NCBI RefSeq assembly: GCF_009914755.1
Contig: NC_060935.1
Direction: 5' to 3' (one strand)
Source: the human T2T-CHM13v2.0 reference genome, Homo sapiens
Length of the DNA: 64,000 nucleotides
Shown here: positions 25,241 through 40,583 of the stretch, in pieces
Layout: each line of letters opens with the position of its first letter
Position numbering within the stretch: the stretch's first letter is position 1
Program-made: the position numbers and the translations under genes
The notes under the pieces: model-generated
The model's input: only the letters and a program-made list of their open reading frames with translations
Databases searched by the model: none
Told to the model about the DNA's origin: nothing

Positions 25241-27473
25241 CCATTCTTGGATTTTATAAGCCATGAAATTCCTCTGTCCTTTCTTCCCCATTTTAAAAAA
25301 TGGAATCAGTTTGGGTTGGATTTCTGTTATTTATAACCAAATCAATAACAGGTTTAGAATAGATGACTTTTAAGGCTTCTTTCATCTGAATGTTAAGTTA
25401 AACTATGTTCTTCACTTTTACTTGGTAACTGATTCACCTAAATGGGATTTTTCAGTATCTTAATAAAGCTTTGTGAAATTGTTTTGTATGCACAGTTGTA
25501 CAATTCACATCCTAGTCTGTAATACAGTATGTTCTGTCACATATCTTTGTCGTTAGCCCTACTAACCAACATTTGATAATGTGCTTTTGAAAGAGATTAT
25601 TTGACTCATACAACTTTCACTTAATCATGGCAAACATCTTACATTCCTACACAGTGCTGATTGGTAAGAAAAAGAGAATATGTCCTCTTCCTGAATTTAT
25701 GTATATTCTTTATGATTCTGCTTTTCTCTTTTGGATGACAATGTACTTCTAACTGTAAAATTATTGTTTTCATACAAACCCCTTTGATGATGAAGAAAAC
25801 CATGTTTAAATGCCAGCCAGATGTTTTTTCATTTCCCATTGTATACATACATATATAATATTTTTTCATGGGGTGGGGAAGGTCAGGGAGAAGAAAAAAA
25901 AAAAAAAACTTATAGTGAACATTGAACCTATCTAGTTATTCTAGAATCTATCTTTGTTCCTTAGAAGAAATTAAACATTTGCCTTACAACCAGAGAATAA
26001 ACATCAACTAGAGAAAGCTATTGAATTTCAAAATCCCTTTGAAATGTCACATTAACCTGTTTAACTTTCAGTCAGTTCTTTAAAGTAGCAAACATTTCCT
26101 GATGACTCCCAGATCTACGACTGCTTATATTTCTCTAACTTAAAAGTTTGTTTCCTTCACTCACAAACGAACTGTGGTGAATGACTCAGCACTGTTTGGG
26201 CCTGGGAAAAGTGTATCGCAGCTGCAGTCCTGCATGCAGTCTTTCTTCAGATCAGTTAAATTTTTGAGCATTGAACAGGATCAAATGCTAAATCTAGTCT
26301 GTTTGACTAAAACTCTATACAGCTCTAGCCTTTTATTTAGCCTTCCAAATAAATTCTAATATTTAAAGTTGTATTTGTGCATAGGTTGTCTTTTATTTTG
26401 AAATGTACAGAAATCAGGCAACAACCATTTATTATTTTACTCAACATCTATTGAGTGTCTATTTGCAAGGCACTGGGGGCAATAGAGTAAAAAAAGTGCT
26501 TCTTGTTCTTGAAGACTGCTGTTTAATATAGGGTGAGACAGATATGCCAATTTTGAAAAGATAGTAGATAAACAGGGAAAATTCTGTAATAGAAGGTAAG
26601 TACTATGACAGCCCAAAGAAATAAAGAAATGAATGAAGTTTTCTTCCAAAAAGAACTGGGTTTATAACATTCGTTTAAGGTGAGAACTACAAGAGTTTTT
26701 TTGCTGAATCATCAATAGCTTAATTTCCTGGGACATAATTCACCAGGTGGCCTTTTCTTGTAATGTCATTGATAGTCTACTTGTTTCACCCTTACTTTTT
26801 GTTATTCTTGTTCACCAATCGCCATGCACTTTGACTTCCATGATATAGTTTTCTCAAAATGCTCTCTGTAGGATGACCAAGCACCATTTAGTTCTCCATG
26901 ACATATGAATGCACATATTCACATTATTAAGAATACTAATATTGAGAGACATGGATGACTATGTAACAGTAATTATGAGATAATAACCTGTCTGAATGAG
27001 CCATATCTTCCTCGAATTAGGATTCTTAATATTTTTGAAGCCATGGTTCCTGAACCTTTGAAAAATCTAATTAAAAGTACAGGCTCACTAATGAAAACAG
27101 CACATGCACACTAATTTTGTTTATAATATCAAGAGATTTATGAAAGCTCTTCAGTTCTATCATGGGCTCCAGTCCAATAACTCCTGTACTAGAGAAACTT
27201 CTCTCAATTCAAGTCACATTTCCCACATGTGACCCAGTGATATGTCAAAGGGTAAAGGCTGAGATTTCTGCCTTTGAACCTCATCTGGTTCTTTCATACC
27301 TGGGTGCTTCAAGCTCCATACACTGTCTAAGAGAATCTCAATTTTGTCATCAATTAATATGGCCAGTGTCCCTGCAAAGCTAAGCTGGGCCCTCACAGAA
27401 ATTTTGTGTTGGGCACAAAGAATGGAAGAGATTAAGTGATGTCTGAGGATTTGAATAGATTGACTATTCTAGA

Positions 27474-27760
27474 CTAGTGCTGTCTAATATAAATATAATG
27501 CAAGCCACAAATTTTAGCCACATTGTAATTATACATGTTTGAGAAGCTACATTGAGGAAAGTAAAATGAAACGTGAAATTAATTTTAATAGTATAGTCTG
27601 TTTGATATATTCAAATTTTTTCACCATGTAATCAATATAAAAATGGAACGTTTTATATTCTTTTTTTGTTCAAGAGTTCAATATCCAGTGTTTATTTTAC
27701 ACTTACAGCACATCTCAATTTGGACTACATTTTAAGAACTTAATCACTACAGGTATATCT
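27474..27760. mobile_element. MER33-like hAT-Charlie fossil
   Basis: TAGTGCTGTCTAATATAAATATAATGCAAGCCACA...TTTTACACTTACAGCACATCTCAATTTGGACTA. Confidence 0.7.
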
Positions 27761-27837
27761 GGCTTTCTTAAAGAAATAATCCATTTTTCACCTTTTAAAA
27801 ATAATTCCAGTCCCCCACCATAAGTATCTGGCAATAA

Positions 27838-28167
<330 letters not shown>

Positions 28168-29829
28168 TAGTTTATCTTTTCTAACTCAGGATAGTCATAT
28201 ATATTATTTTGGGAAATACAATTCTAGCTTGAAGAAAAAGGAGTATAATACTTTGCTGCATCACACATGGAATAAGATGGAATCTGTGTTCTCTGAACTG
28301 CAATGCAGCAACCCTTACGTATGAAGAAGCTGCATCTTTTCATTCCTTTTTTCTAAAGGACCAGTGGATTTGGTGCGCCAACAAGACAGCCTTTAAAATA
28401 AAATGACCAAAACAGACCTTTGTACCTACATCCAAAATCAAGCAAACTCATAGCAACATCTTTAAAAATTGCTTCAGGCTGACCACACCAGGATTGCTTT
28501 TCACATTAGAATTAAAAGATGGTGTCTATTCTGAGTAAATCAATGCATTCCTGACCAGGAACAAGTAATCACAGCATATATGAGGCCAGGAATGACATTT
28601 ATAATGAAAGGTATTAAATGATTATTTTCTAAAACATAGAAATTCTTCACCGCCTTCATCACACAAAAAATATAAAAATAGGAGTAGTCTTGAAGACCAA
28701 ATGTCAAAGCTATCACTCATATGCAGCAACTATTTTAAAGACACATCTTTAGCATGATTCCTCAGTTAAGCTACGTCCTGTATGCATCTCATTTTTGGAA
28801 TAACAATTTTCTTGCCACTGAATGAAAATATGTTCTGAAATTTAAGCACCAGTTTTTTACCCAATTAAATGCTCTGTTGTGTTTTTAAATGGCATCATTT
28901 GAAACAGGCACATTATCCTTTGAGGAAAGGGCACATTGTTATGTTTTTTTGAATCTACACTGGGCATCTTGAATCTTTCTTGGAGTTAAAAATGTTCCCA
29001 GTGCTAGCAGTTAATAAATGTAAATAAGATTTTTTTAAAATGTGGCTACAATATTACAGTGTTAATTGCATTACTCACCAAAAATGCAATGAGTCATATT
29101 TTATAGGTGTTTCTTATGCAATCTGGAGGACTTTTTAGGCACTTGATAGAGAAGGAAGATACTCCAAACCTGGTAAAATGAGTCTAGAAAGACCATTTCC
29201 TTTCTTTAATGGGGTTTAGAAAATTTGTAATTAAGAATAAACTAAAGCAACTTGAAATTTTGTTATGGATTTATAGTCTTTTCAACTTCATCAGAATCAC
29301 AAGAAAATTTGTTGATTTCAATTGTTCCCAACCTTTTCAAAATCAAAAATACTTTACAACAATAACAATGTTTAAGAAGAAATGTGTCTTCCTACTAAAT
29401 AGAAGTCAAATTTATTTTCCTATTTTTATTTAAGGCATGTATAGTTACTAACCAGCATGTGTTTCGTGTACAACAACTTGTGTTCCATAATACATCAAGT
29501 AACTCCAGGGAAAAGAGAATTATGTATTATTGAGGTTAGCCTCCACAGGTGCACCAAAGACTAAAAACAGAAGACTGACCACATTAAGGCAAAGCAAAAT
29601 GATAGACTCTCCCAGATTAGATGTCCATGTTTACTAACCACAGATTGACAAATGTAGTCATGGCTCAGCTCAAAAATGTCTATGACTCTTGTAACTAAGA
29701 GGAAATTGATACTTAAATAAGAACAAAGATGAAATACCAAATACTTGCACTTAAACTCCTTCACATGTTTCCTTGGAATTTCCTTCACCTCTTCTTCTAA
29801 AAGATGTGGTGGTAATGAGAATGTGCTTT

Positions 29830-30230
29830 GTTTCCCTTCTATTACAGGGAGCATAATGGACCAAGGGTACCTGCTGCTGCACTTTGAAGTGCAGTCTTGT
29901 GTTGCCACTGAGGCCATACCTACCAAGGGGTAGTTCCTACCAATGGTAAAGTGAGGTAGGAATAGTAGGGCAGCCTGATTCTTGGGAGAGAAGGGGACTA
30001 CTGTCATTTACTTTGGCTGAAGGATTCATGAATGGTTTTGCTGAACATACGACCCAACCATCTTTACCTCTCATCTTCACTTGGGGTCAGACTTACATTA
30101 CAATCTCATGGCTCTTCCAGCCCTCTCCAGCTCCTACGATATTTTCTTTCAGGAATGCATTTCTCCTAATAAACTCCTTCTGTATTCAATCCTGAATTGG
30201 CATCTGCTTCTCAGAGGACCTGGACTAACC
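29830..30230 (+). mobile_element. Ancient ERVL-type LTR fragment (LTR16/33-like)
   Basis: Its end CCTAATAAACTCCTT...GGCATCTGCTTCTCAGAGGACCTGGACTAA resembles LTR16-family 3' ends; the left boundary is uncertain. Confidence 0.45.
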
Positions 30231-31045
30231 CATCAACGCTAATGTCTTTTCCAATTCCTTCAGGATTAATCACTGAATTTCTGTGTACTCATTTTACTGT
30301 GCAAAATACAGAGGAAAGTGATCCTTCATAATTTGGCCCCAGCCCATCTCCCTGGCTGCAGCTACCGTCTTTCTGTGCTTTCTAGGCACCCAACTCACTA
30401 TAGTACCCGGAATTCCACACTTTTGAAAATGCTGTCTCCTGTGCCTAGAATGATTTCTCTCTAAGTTATATGACAGCTGCTTCATTTTGCAAGACCATAT
30501 CTAAGTTATCTCCTTTAGTAAGCCTTTCCTAACATCTCTAAGCAGAATTTAGACAGTGTCCTCTTCTTGCACCGATACTTTAGCATTTTTGAAGATTGGC
30601 CAGTTGTGTTTCAACATATCCATCAACTTGAGTTTGCCAATGGTTCCTCATGACTAGACCCAGGTTATGAAGTTTTGGTCTGACTGTCACACTTACTATT
30701 TTATTTTCATTACCATCCTATGAGATTGCACATGATATCTATGTGTCCCATTACTGATGGTGTTTGTTTCAATCACTTGATTAAGATTACGTCCACCAGG
30801 TTTCTCTACTTCTTGTTCCCTTTGTAATTAAAAAAATGTTTTGAATGGAGATACTTTGAGACTATGTAAAAATCTCGTTCTTTACCTCATTTTGACCTAC
30901 TAGTTGTAGTGTCTGTTGAAGTTTCTTGCTTGGGTTAATTATTATGATTATTGCCAAATGGTGAGTTTATAAAACAATATTCCTTCCACATTTATTGGAA
31001 GCTTTCTGCTGTAAGGAAGAGCTTACTCTTCTACCCATTTATTGA

Positions 31046-31341
<296 letters not shown>

Positions 31342-31358
31342 AACTTTGTCTATCCATT

Positions 31359-31409
31359 TATGTATGTATGTATGTATGTATGTATGTATGTATGTATGTA
31401 TGTATGTAT
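31359..31409. repeat. (TATG)12 tetranucleotide microsatellite
   Basis: Perfect TATG run read directly. Confidence 0.95.
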
Positions 31410-33786
31410 TTATATCATTGGGGTACTAGATTATTCAATGGGTTATAATTTGCTCTTTTAGCATTATTTAATGTTTCAATTGTACTTTGGCCACTGGGAG
31501 CCAGTTCCTTCAAGCTTACTTCTGTGTTCTTTTAATATGTCTGCATTCTTTGAGTATTTCCTTTCTTTCTATTATGAAAGGTGTTCCAGGCTCATCACAT
31601 TCTCAGCCTCAGCCCTGGATTCAGTCATTTCTTCAAGGAGTCTTTGTTCATTTCAGTATTTCAAATGAAGATATGAGCATTAGGTGATCATTACTACTGG
31701 AGTACTATTACTCTTAGGCTGTTTCAGCAGATAGCTAGGAACCACATACATTTATATTTATCTCTATATACATCTACAACTAAAACTAATAGCTCACTCT
31801 AGTACCTTCAATTTTAATCCAATTTTGGCTGGGTTTATTATTGCTTTATCTTTTCTTTAATTGTCACTCCCTTTCCAATAGTGAAAAACCTGGTTCTCAT
31901 TATTCACAATATATTTACTATCTGCTCAATCTCCCTGGGTGTGGCCAATCTTCTGATAGTGCTGGGCCACCACACCCCTTGCAGGTGGACTTGCCCTGTG
32001 TTCAGATTAGCCTCCTCTGCACAGGTCTGCCTTCCTTATCTGGGCAGGCTACCTTTTCCGGCCTCACACAGGGCTGTTTGACAATGGAAGGCAGGATACT
32101 AATATATTGTCTAAATAAAGGAAAGGAAAGAGGAAGATATAGAGCTACTAACATGTCTTTATTCTTTTTTAATTGCTTACTATTTGCTTTAAAAAGAGAA
32201 AGCAAGTATCAGGTTTAGAGCCTTCTATAAGGAGTAGTATCTAGAATTTAATAACACTATTTGCTTTAATTGTGAGTATGTTTAGTTCCTTGATCTATTT
32301 ATTTACCTTAAATATATTTTAATTGCAGAAAGAATTAAATTATTTAATCTGCCCAGTTCTTAGGCATGTAATTCAATGAGTTTTAACAAGTATATTTACC
32401 ACATTGAGATTTAGAACATTTTCATCTCCCCAGAAAGTCCTCGTCAATCTCCATCTTTTGTGGGCAACTACTGTTCTGATTTGTATCAGAATTCCTTTTG
32501 CTTCCTTTGTAAATATTTTTAGAGAAAAGAAGTTAATAAAAAAATAAGATTACAAATGTTAACAATGATGTAAGGAGTATAGAATTGCACAGAAGGTGTT
32601 GCATAAATGATGAGAGTTGGGCACAATGACTTGTTTCATGGATGTCTTGCAGAGTTTTTCTCTTTCCCTTAAAAGTCTTTCTGTTGCTACAGTGGAGATA
32701 GCCACCTGTATTAGACAGGCTATTAGATAAAAGCTCTGGCCTTTCCTCTCTACTCTTTCCATATATACTTTTCTTTCAAGCACTATTTATATACCTTCTA
32801 TATGCTATGTGCTCTAGGGCCTGTAGACAAATAAGAAACGGTTCCTGTATCCAAAAGAGAGATGGCCACCATAATCTGATCCATGGGAATATTTACAAAT
32901 CTGGGCCACAAATTCTTGTTTCTTCCTTATGGATGATGGCTAAAATTCACAAATCCATTGATTTGCAAGAGGATAATTTTAGATGTATTTGAAGGAAATG
33001 AGAAAAAAAGAAGAACAAAGAGGGTAGAATTCCTATTTCACAATTTGAATGTGGTTTTTAAATAAACAAAATTAGTTTTATTACAAAATTACATCTGGCA
33101 TTAACAAAACAAAAAGGTCACCCATACTCTACAATTTAAGCATGTTAACTACTGAATCAATCCAAGTAAACTAAAACAATTGTTCCTCTAATGGAAAAAT
33201 CAAGTTATAAACAAAATTACTTTGGGTTGAGGACTTTTGGATAAGAGCCTGGTCTTGCTAAATTTTAATACACTCCTTCTTTTTCTCTACTTGTTTTTGA
33301 CTTCTTGTCTTTTTATGGTCAAGCACCTGACCCCAAATAGGGAATTCATTTTGTACTGCAGTTAGCACATTGTGAAAAGGGATAAATATAATTCAAAAAT
33401 TGATGCTATCAATCAATAGGTATTCACTGACTGTCTGAGCACTATAAGACAAAAATCTCTGTCCCTAAGAGCTTCTGCTATATTTGGGGAAATAAATTAC
33501 ATGTAAACATTTGAATTTTGTGAAGCAGAAATGACAAACTCCCACATAGACATTCTTTACCTTAACTATTAAAATATATTTATGCTAGGTCACTGGTTAC
33601 CAAGCAACTTTTCAGAGCAAGGATCTCTCACTCTCCCATATTGTACCTGGATTTGAGAAGTTTATCCAGTGAGAAATTAGAATGAGCTCCATTAATTTCT
33701 CCCTAGAGAGTAGGGCAATAGCAGCAGGGTCTACTCTACTTGTAAACCGTATGGAATTTGAGATAGACTGCTTAAAGCTATGAATT

Positions 33787-34092
<306 letters not shown>

Positions 34093-36319
34093 AAAGCTAT
34101 GAATTCAGAAACAATTATTTATCAACACAAACAAGTAGCATAAACATCTGGAATCTTCATTTTAGCTCCCTGCCCCACATGTCTATACCAATCTCTACCT
34201 CATTGGGAAGTCAATGAGTTAATTCATGTGAGAAAGTGTTTTATAAACCTTACTATACTATCCAAGTGAAAGGTTGTATACAACTCCATGAGTCTGAACA
34301 GTTTGCTGCCTATGCCCTAGTATGATATATGTGTCTTTGCATTTGAGTATAAATTAAGTGTAAACTTAAGGCAATTTAAGTACACAAGAACAACATTCAC
34401 CAGTCATATGTAATGATGAAATAAGGTGTGGCAGGAAATTTACAACTGAGCAAAATCATAGGCAGTATTGACAGGTCTTAAAGAAAGAAAGCTCACAGCT
34501 AGGAAGGCGTTAAAGCCAAAGGTTGCAAGAGACTGTTTACGTTTTATAAACTTAGCTAGGAGGTTCACTTTGCCTGAAACCATGAGGCAAATTATTTACC
34601 CATTCTGCCTTAATTTCCCCCAATAGGGTGTCATAGTTACAAAGGTGAAAACTGGCACTGTAGAAAAAAAAATTGTGAGGCAAGTGTATATAGTATAGGT
34701 ATTGTGATTCTAGGTAATGTAACTTATTATTCTGTTTACCTTAAATCTACTTACTTTCTTTGCAGGTTGCACTGGAGAATCTAAACTCTTTTGGAGATGT
34801 CCCAAGGCCTAACCTGCACCTCTTCACAGCATAGGCAAGAAAATTCTGTCTGACCTTTCTGCCGGGAGGAGGGAATGTTTAGGTAAAAATGAGAAACCTA
34901 TGAAATCAGCCACCAACATGGCTGTGTCACTTTGGTGCTCCCACAACAACTTGAAGCATTTTTCATATTAAACTTAATAGCTGACCTGTCTACCCCCTAG
35001 CCTGTGAGATCCTTCAGGGAAGGACTTTCCCTCATGTTTTACTCACCTCTATTGCTCTAACAACTAGGGCAGGATAGTAGGGGAGACAATCAGTAAATAT
35101 TTGTGGACCTGAATATGAGTAGAGGGCACTCAAGGAACAGCAAAGGCTTAGAAGTATCATAAACTTCATGTGTCCAGGAGGGAAAGAACAAAATTTAATG
35201 CAGACATTTTTACATACTAAGTCAAATGTGTAACATTTTTCAAGCACAAAATGTTATATACATTCCTCTTCCTCTTCCCATCCCTAAGTTTCACCTTATT
35301 CCTGCTCCTTACCCTGTCTTTGAACTCTTCTATCTCAGATTCTGATTTCTCCCAGTACCTCAGCCCTCCCTTTCCCTCTCCCCAATCTTCACCCCACCCC
35401 CAAGGGTCATGGATGTATTGAGGTCAAGATGAGGTGAAGCTCATTGAGGGAGGAAAGATAATTGGGCATCCAGGCAACAGCAAAAACTGACAGCTCAATG
35501 GTTCAATGTTTACAGTAAAATGTCCCAGAATCAAAATGATCACATCAAAATATATATTCATAGAACAATGGCCTAGTTTATAATATCAGTTGCATGATAC
35601 GGAAAAGCAGGAGAAAAGGTTAAAGTGTTAAGAGATGGTCAGATATGAGTCTAGAAATTTTGTCAGGCATCAGTAGGGAAACAGAGAGGCTTTTAAGCAG
35701 TAAAATTAGAACATCACTATGAAAGCAGGATTTAAGTGTCATACAGCCATATTCAGCCTAGCTTAGAAAAGAAAAGCCCATATTCTGGGGCTCCAGTTAA
35801 AAGATTACTGCAGCTCTTCAGAGTAAGGTAATGTGAGGCCTAAAGGAGAAGAGCCCCAGAAGTATGAAAGGGGGTGATGACCAACTGGGCTTGGCAGATA
35901 GCAAAAGGCTCAAAAAGTTGACCCTAAGTTTTTGATCATAAATGCCTGGAAGAATATCTTACCTATTGACAAGGAGCCATTTTGAAGAGAAAAATGTTGT
36001 TTGAGAATATTAATTTTGAAATGATAAGAGATATCCAAGTGGAAATACACAGAAGGGCAGGAGGGCATCAAAATTTCGAAGGGTGTGCCACCAGACCTTG
36101 ATTAATATGTAAAATTTACTTAGCTCTAACAGAGGCTCATATGATTATGTCTGTTAGAGGAAGTGTCAAAACAAGAGTGCCTACCATGTGATAGACAGCA
36201 GGTAGCCAGTGAATGAAGGAAAGATGAGGTAAGAGGTATAATCTTTGTGTAAAAATTGGGGGCTTAACTGGGATGCAAGAGATCTTTTCCTCATAAGTAT
36301 GTAAGTGTAATAAGATGTC

Positions 36320-36629
<310 letters not shown>

Positions 36630-38170
36630 GGTGTCAAGCAATGTCTAATGTCTATCTTGTAATTGTGATTAAAGACAATGGCTGAGAAGAACCTCATATT
36701 CTAAGAGAGAAGCTGGACATATCTCAGGACTTGCCAAAAGGCAGCAAAGAAATGAGACTACAGAACGTACCATTGGAGCAGGAGCTGAGAGGGAAATAAT
36801 GAGAGAGAGTAGGTTAACAGCGCATCTATGGGGCTAGGAAAGGTCCCAGCAGAACTCTTAAGGACCCACAAAAGCACTCCCATAGAGCACAAAATATCTG
36901 CAGAGCACACCAGAACTGGATAACAATAGCACTCTTCATGGATGAACCCTTTTTCCCCTTTGCCTTTTCATCTTTTCCCTGTCCCAACCTGGTGTTACCA
37001 AGAGTAACATATTGGGGGAGAGGAGAATAGTATGTTGGAGCAGTGAAGAAGTGGGCTTTATCAATTTCTTAACTGCTCATCTATAGAATTCTTGGGTCAT
37101 GGCATACTAAGACAGAGAGGAACCTAACATTGTATGAGAGATTGGATGTCGTTTTAGATTTATTTTTAATATTTGAAAGATTCTATTCTGTTATTAGTCA
37201 GATATGGCTAGAAAAGCTATTGAATTGGTCTGAGAGTACAGAGAATAGAGATCTGGCAGTATGGCTTGAGGGCAGCAGTGGATGAAAAAAAACCCTGACT
37301 TTATTGTATCCTACTTAGTTCAGCTCATTCAACAACAGAAGCAAGAAAGGTCAGGGCAGTGAATATTTCTACTCACATAGTGACATAAAGCTTAAGGGAA
37401 ATCGGTGAGTGGTGTAATAATTGGGTACATTTCTTTTTTTCAATTTACAAAACTTATTTTTAAATCAGTATTGAACTTTTAATCCCTTCGTGTATGTTTT
37501 GAGTTATGTCAAAGTATGTTGCCAACAAAAATGTTTAGAGAATCACTATGGAAGGGAGTAGGAGACATGGAACTAGAAATGGGTGGGATACTGAGGCTGA
37601 GCAGTTTTTTAAAATCATCAATACAGAGGTGAGTGAGAGGACCTTTCCCTTAACAAAGAAATAATGAGAGAGCAGGTGAAGAGTGCATCTCTGGGACTAG
37701 GAAAGGTCCCTACAGGAGAACTCTGAAGGACCCACAAAAGCACTCCCACAGAGCACAAAGTGTCCACATGTTCCTGGGTCACCCCCAAAGTACTTGCCTG
37801 CTACTACACAAAGACAAGGCTCAATGGCACCTTCTCCCTTTATCCCAACTTGTATTAACTGTTTTCAGCTACCACCTTTAGGTAGAAGTTAATCATATAA
37901 CCGTATCCCTATGTCACTGTTCTGAAGGTGGCTCTTTTGAAAGACTTTGCAAAAATTAATACATTTCAATAAATATTGAGGTTTTTCTAGGCCCAATCAA
38001 TCCAAGAGCCTGGGGGAAAAATTTTATTTAAAGTATGTCAATTTGGAAATTTTTGTAGGTTAATAGTAGTTCTGCAAAGGCCAGGTCTTCTTGGTCTTTG
38101 GAGAAAATTCACCATTACATTAAATTCCCTACACCTCTGTTTCTTCATTGAAAGAAAAGATATATTAATA

Positions 38171-38485
38171 CAATTGGCCGTGCGTATCCATGAATTCCAT
38201 ATCCATGTATTTAACCAACCACATATTGAAAATATTTGGGAAATAAACAATAAAATATACAAATTAAAAACAATACAGTATAACAAGTATTTCCGTAGCA
38301 TTTACATTGTACTAGGCATTATAAGTAATCTAGAGATTTAAAGCATAGAGGAAGATTTGCATAAGTTATATGCAGTATTACATTATTTAATATAAGGGAC
38401 TTTAGCATTGTTGGATTTTGGTATTTGCCAGGGGAGGGGGTGGTGGTACTAGAACCAGTCCCCCAGGCATACCAAGGGACAACTG
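38171..38485. mobile_element. MER2 (Tigger-derived MITE)
   Basis: TA|CAATTGGCCGTGCGTATCCATG ... GGCATACCAAGGGACAACTG|TA: degenerate terminal inverted repeats with TA duplication. Confidence 0.8.
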
Positions 38486-38529
38486 TACTTAGCAAGTTTG
38501 TGGAAGGATTGAATAAAATAATATATATC

Positions 38530-39065
38530 ATTGCTACAGGGTTTCAGATGATTTGGAGTCCCCATACCTTTCCAACTTTATCTTATACTATCTTTTTCCT
38601 TTGCTCATTATCCTCCTGGAACTTTAGCTGTCTTGCTCTTGCTCAAACACACAAAGCTATTTTCCACCTCAGGGCTGTTGCACGTGTTGTCTCTCTACAT
38701 GTAATTTTTTGTTCCTAACCACTAGGCTACTAGGGAACATATAATTTTATGACTTCAGCTCTTTGCTCCCTCTTGTCTCTCAGTTCAAATGTTACCCTCT
38801 CAAAGAGGTCTTCCCTGGCCTTCTACCTAAAGTTGCCTTTGCTGGATATTTGGTATCTCATAACCTTGCTTATATCTTTCCTAGCATTGTTTTACAATGT
38901 AATTATTTTGTCCATTTATGTATTTGCTTCACTATTTTCGGTCTCCTCCCACTGGATTTCAAGATCTTTGAGTTAAAAACTTTGTTGATCTTGTTTACCT
39001 ACTGCTCAAAGTAGCTAGCACAGTGCCTGGCATGCAGTAGACACTCAATATTTGTCAAATGAGTG
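38530..39065. mobile_element. L2 3' fragment
   Basis: Ends CTAGCACAGTGCCTGGCATGCAGTAGACACTCAATATTTGTCAAATGAGTG, an L2-like tail. Confidence 0.65.
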
Positions 39066-39814
39066 ACATGAGCCTTCTCTGTATACAAGTATATGGGAAG
39101 GTTAGATCGAACATTTCAAAATAGTCAACAAGTTAAGAAATATGGGAGAAAAATTGTTCAAGCATATTTATATGGAGGCACAAAGTGGAGGCAAATGAAA
39201 ACTCTCTGCAGGAAAGTTTCCAAAGGCCAGGGTTTGTTTAGAAAGAAAGCCAAGCCAGGTGCTCTAACTGGGGCAGACAATAGCCTGGCATTCTCTGACC
39301 CCAAAGGTGACTCCTATCAAGGCAGTGGCATGAATTCTCATTTGGCAAAACATTTTCAGACCAGATGAACCATGCCAAACCAGAGGCCTGGAAACAAAAA
39401 CACCATTTGAATTATGTCTTTTCATAGGACAAGCTGAAATTATTTCACAGGTTAATACCATCATTTCTTGGTATTTGGAGCTAAAACATCTTCAAGCCAC
39501 AATTTTTCATTTTCAAATTAATCGGAGACCCATATGGCATCCTGGCTGAACCAGGATGTGCTCCTGGGAAGAAGAGGCATTACCTGGCTTGGCCCTGGCT
39601 GACACAGGCCCAGGTGTGCTGGCCTCAGGACTCATTTCTCGAGGAGACTGGGCACAGTTAGCTGCACACTTGGGCCTGACTCCGTAGGCATATCCAGAAC
39701 CTCACAGTTGCTATTAACATCCTGGCTCAGTACACACAGAACAGTTCTTTGAATTTTATTTCCTGCTCTTCGTAGGCAGAACATTTGCTTTTTACTTTGG
39801 AAGGGGTGTGTCAC

Positions 39815-40335
39815 TTGTAAGGCTGATAGAGTAGACTGGAAGGACAGTATACTTTTGGTTTACATACAGTTCTTTGGCTTTACCACATATGAATTCCAGG
39901 ATCTTGGCAAAATCACTTAACCTTGCTGAGTATCAGTTTTCTCCTTAATAAATGGAGAAGATATTACCAAATAGAATATTTCTGAAGATCCAATGAGATA
40001 GTACATGTGAATGTGCTTGACACATAAATATTTCCTTTTCTCCCTTTCTTCTTTCTTTTCCACCTAGTTTTCACATAAAAGAAAGTTCCTTTCTGATTAC
40101 CAGAAGACAGCATTGGGTAGTGGTCAGAAACTTTGGCCCTCAAGCCAAGTAGACTTTGGTTTATATCCCGAAGTTTTCTCTCCTAGCTTACAGACTTGAA
40201 CAAGCCATTTAAACTCTTTGTACCTTCATTGTTTTCTCTGTCAAATAACCACAGTGATAATCCTACTTTATAAGCGTATTCTAAGAATCACATGATTTGA
40301 GGTGCCTGACTCATGGTAAGTGCTCAATAAATATC
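39815..40335. mobile_element. Two MIR fragments
   Basis: CTTGGCAAAATCACTTAACCTTGCTGAGTATCAGTTTTCTC and GAACAAGCCATTTAAACTCTTTGTACC MIR cores. Confidence 0.6.
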
Positions 40336-40583
40336 AACCATCTCAGTCCCCAACCTATACCTTCACTGACTACCCAAAGACATGGAGGGAGACTTTAATG
40401 AAAGCAAACTACAAATTAGGAGTAAGTGGCTTTGATTTTCTGATCTAGTGCACAGAAATCTTCATTTCTTTCGGGATTGCCTTGGGTTTAGTATATCTTC
40501 TCTCCAAGGCTCTGATCATTTTTTTGTAGTGATTCAAAAGAAATGAAAGAGCAACGAGAGAAGAACAATGTAATATGTCAAGT

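Noticed and set aside
29561-30007. 148-aa minus-strand ORF
   Set aside because: No recognisable domain, it partly overlaps an old LTR-like fragment, and its length is within chance expectation.
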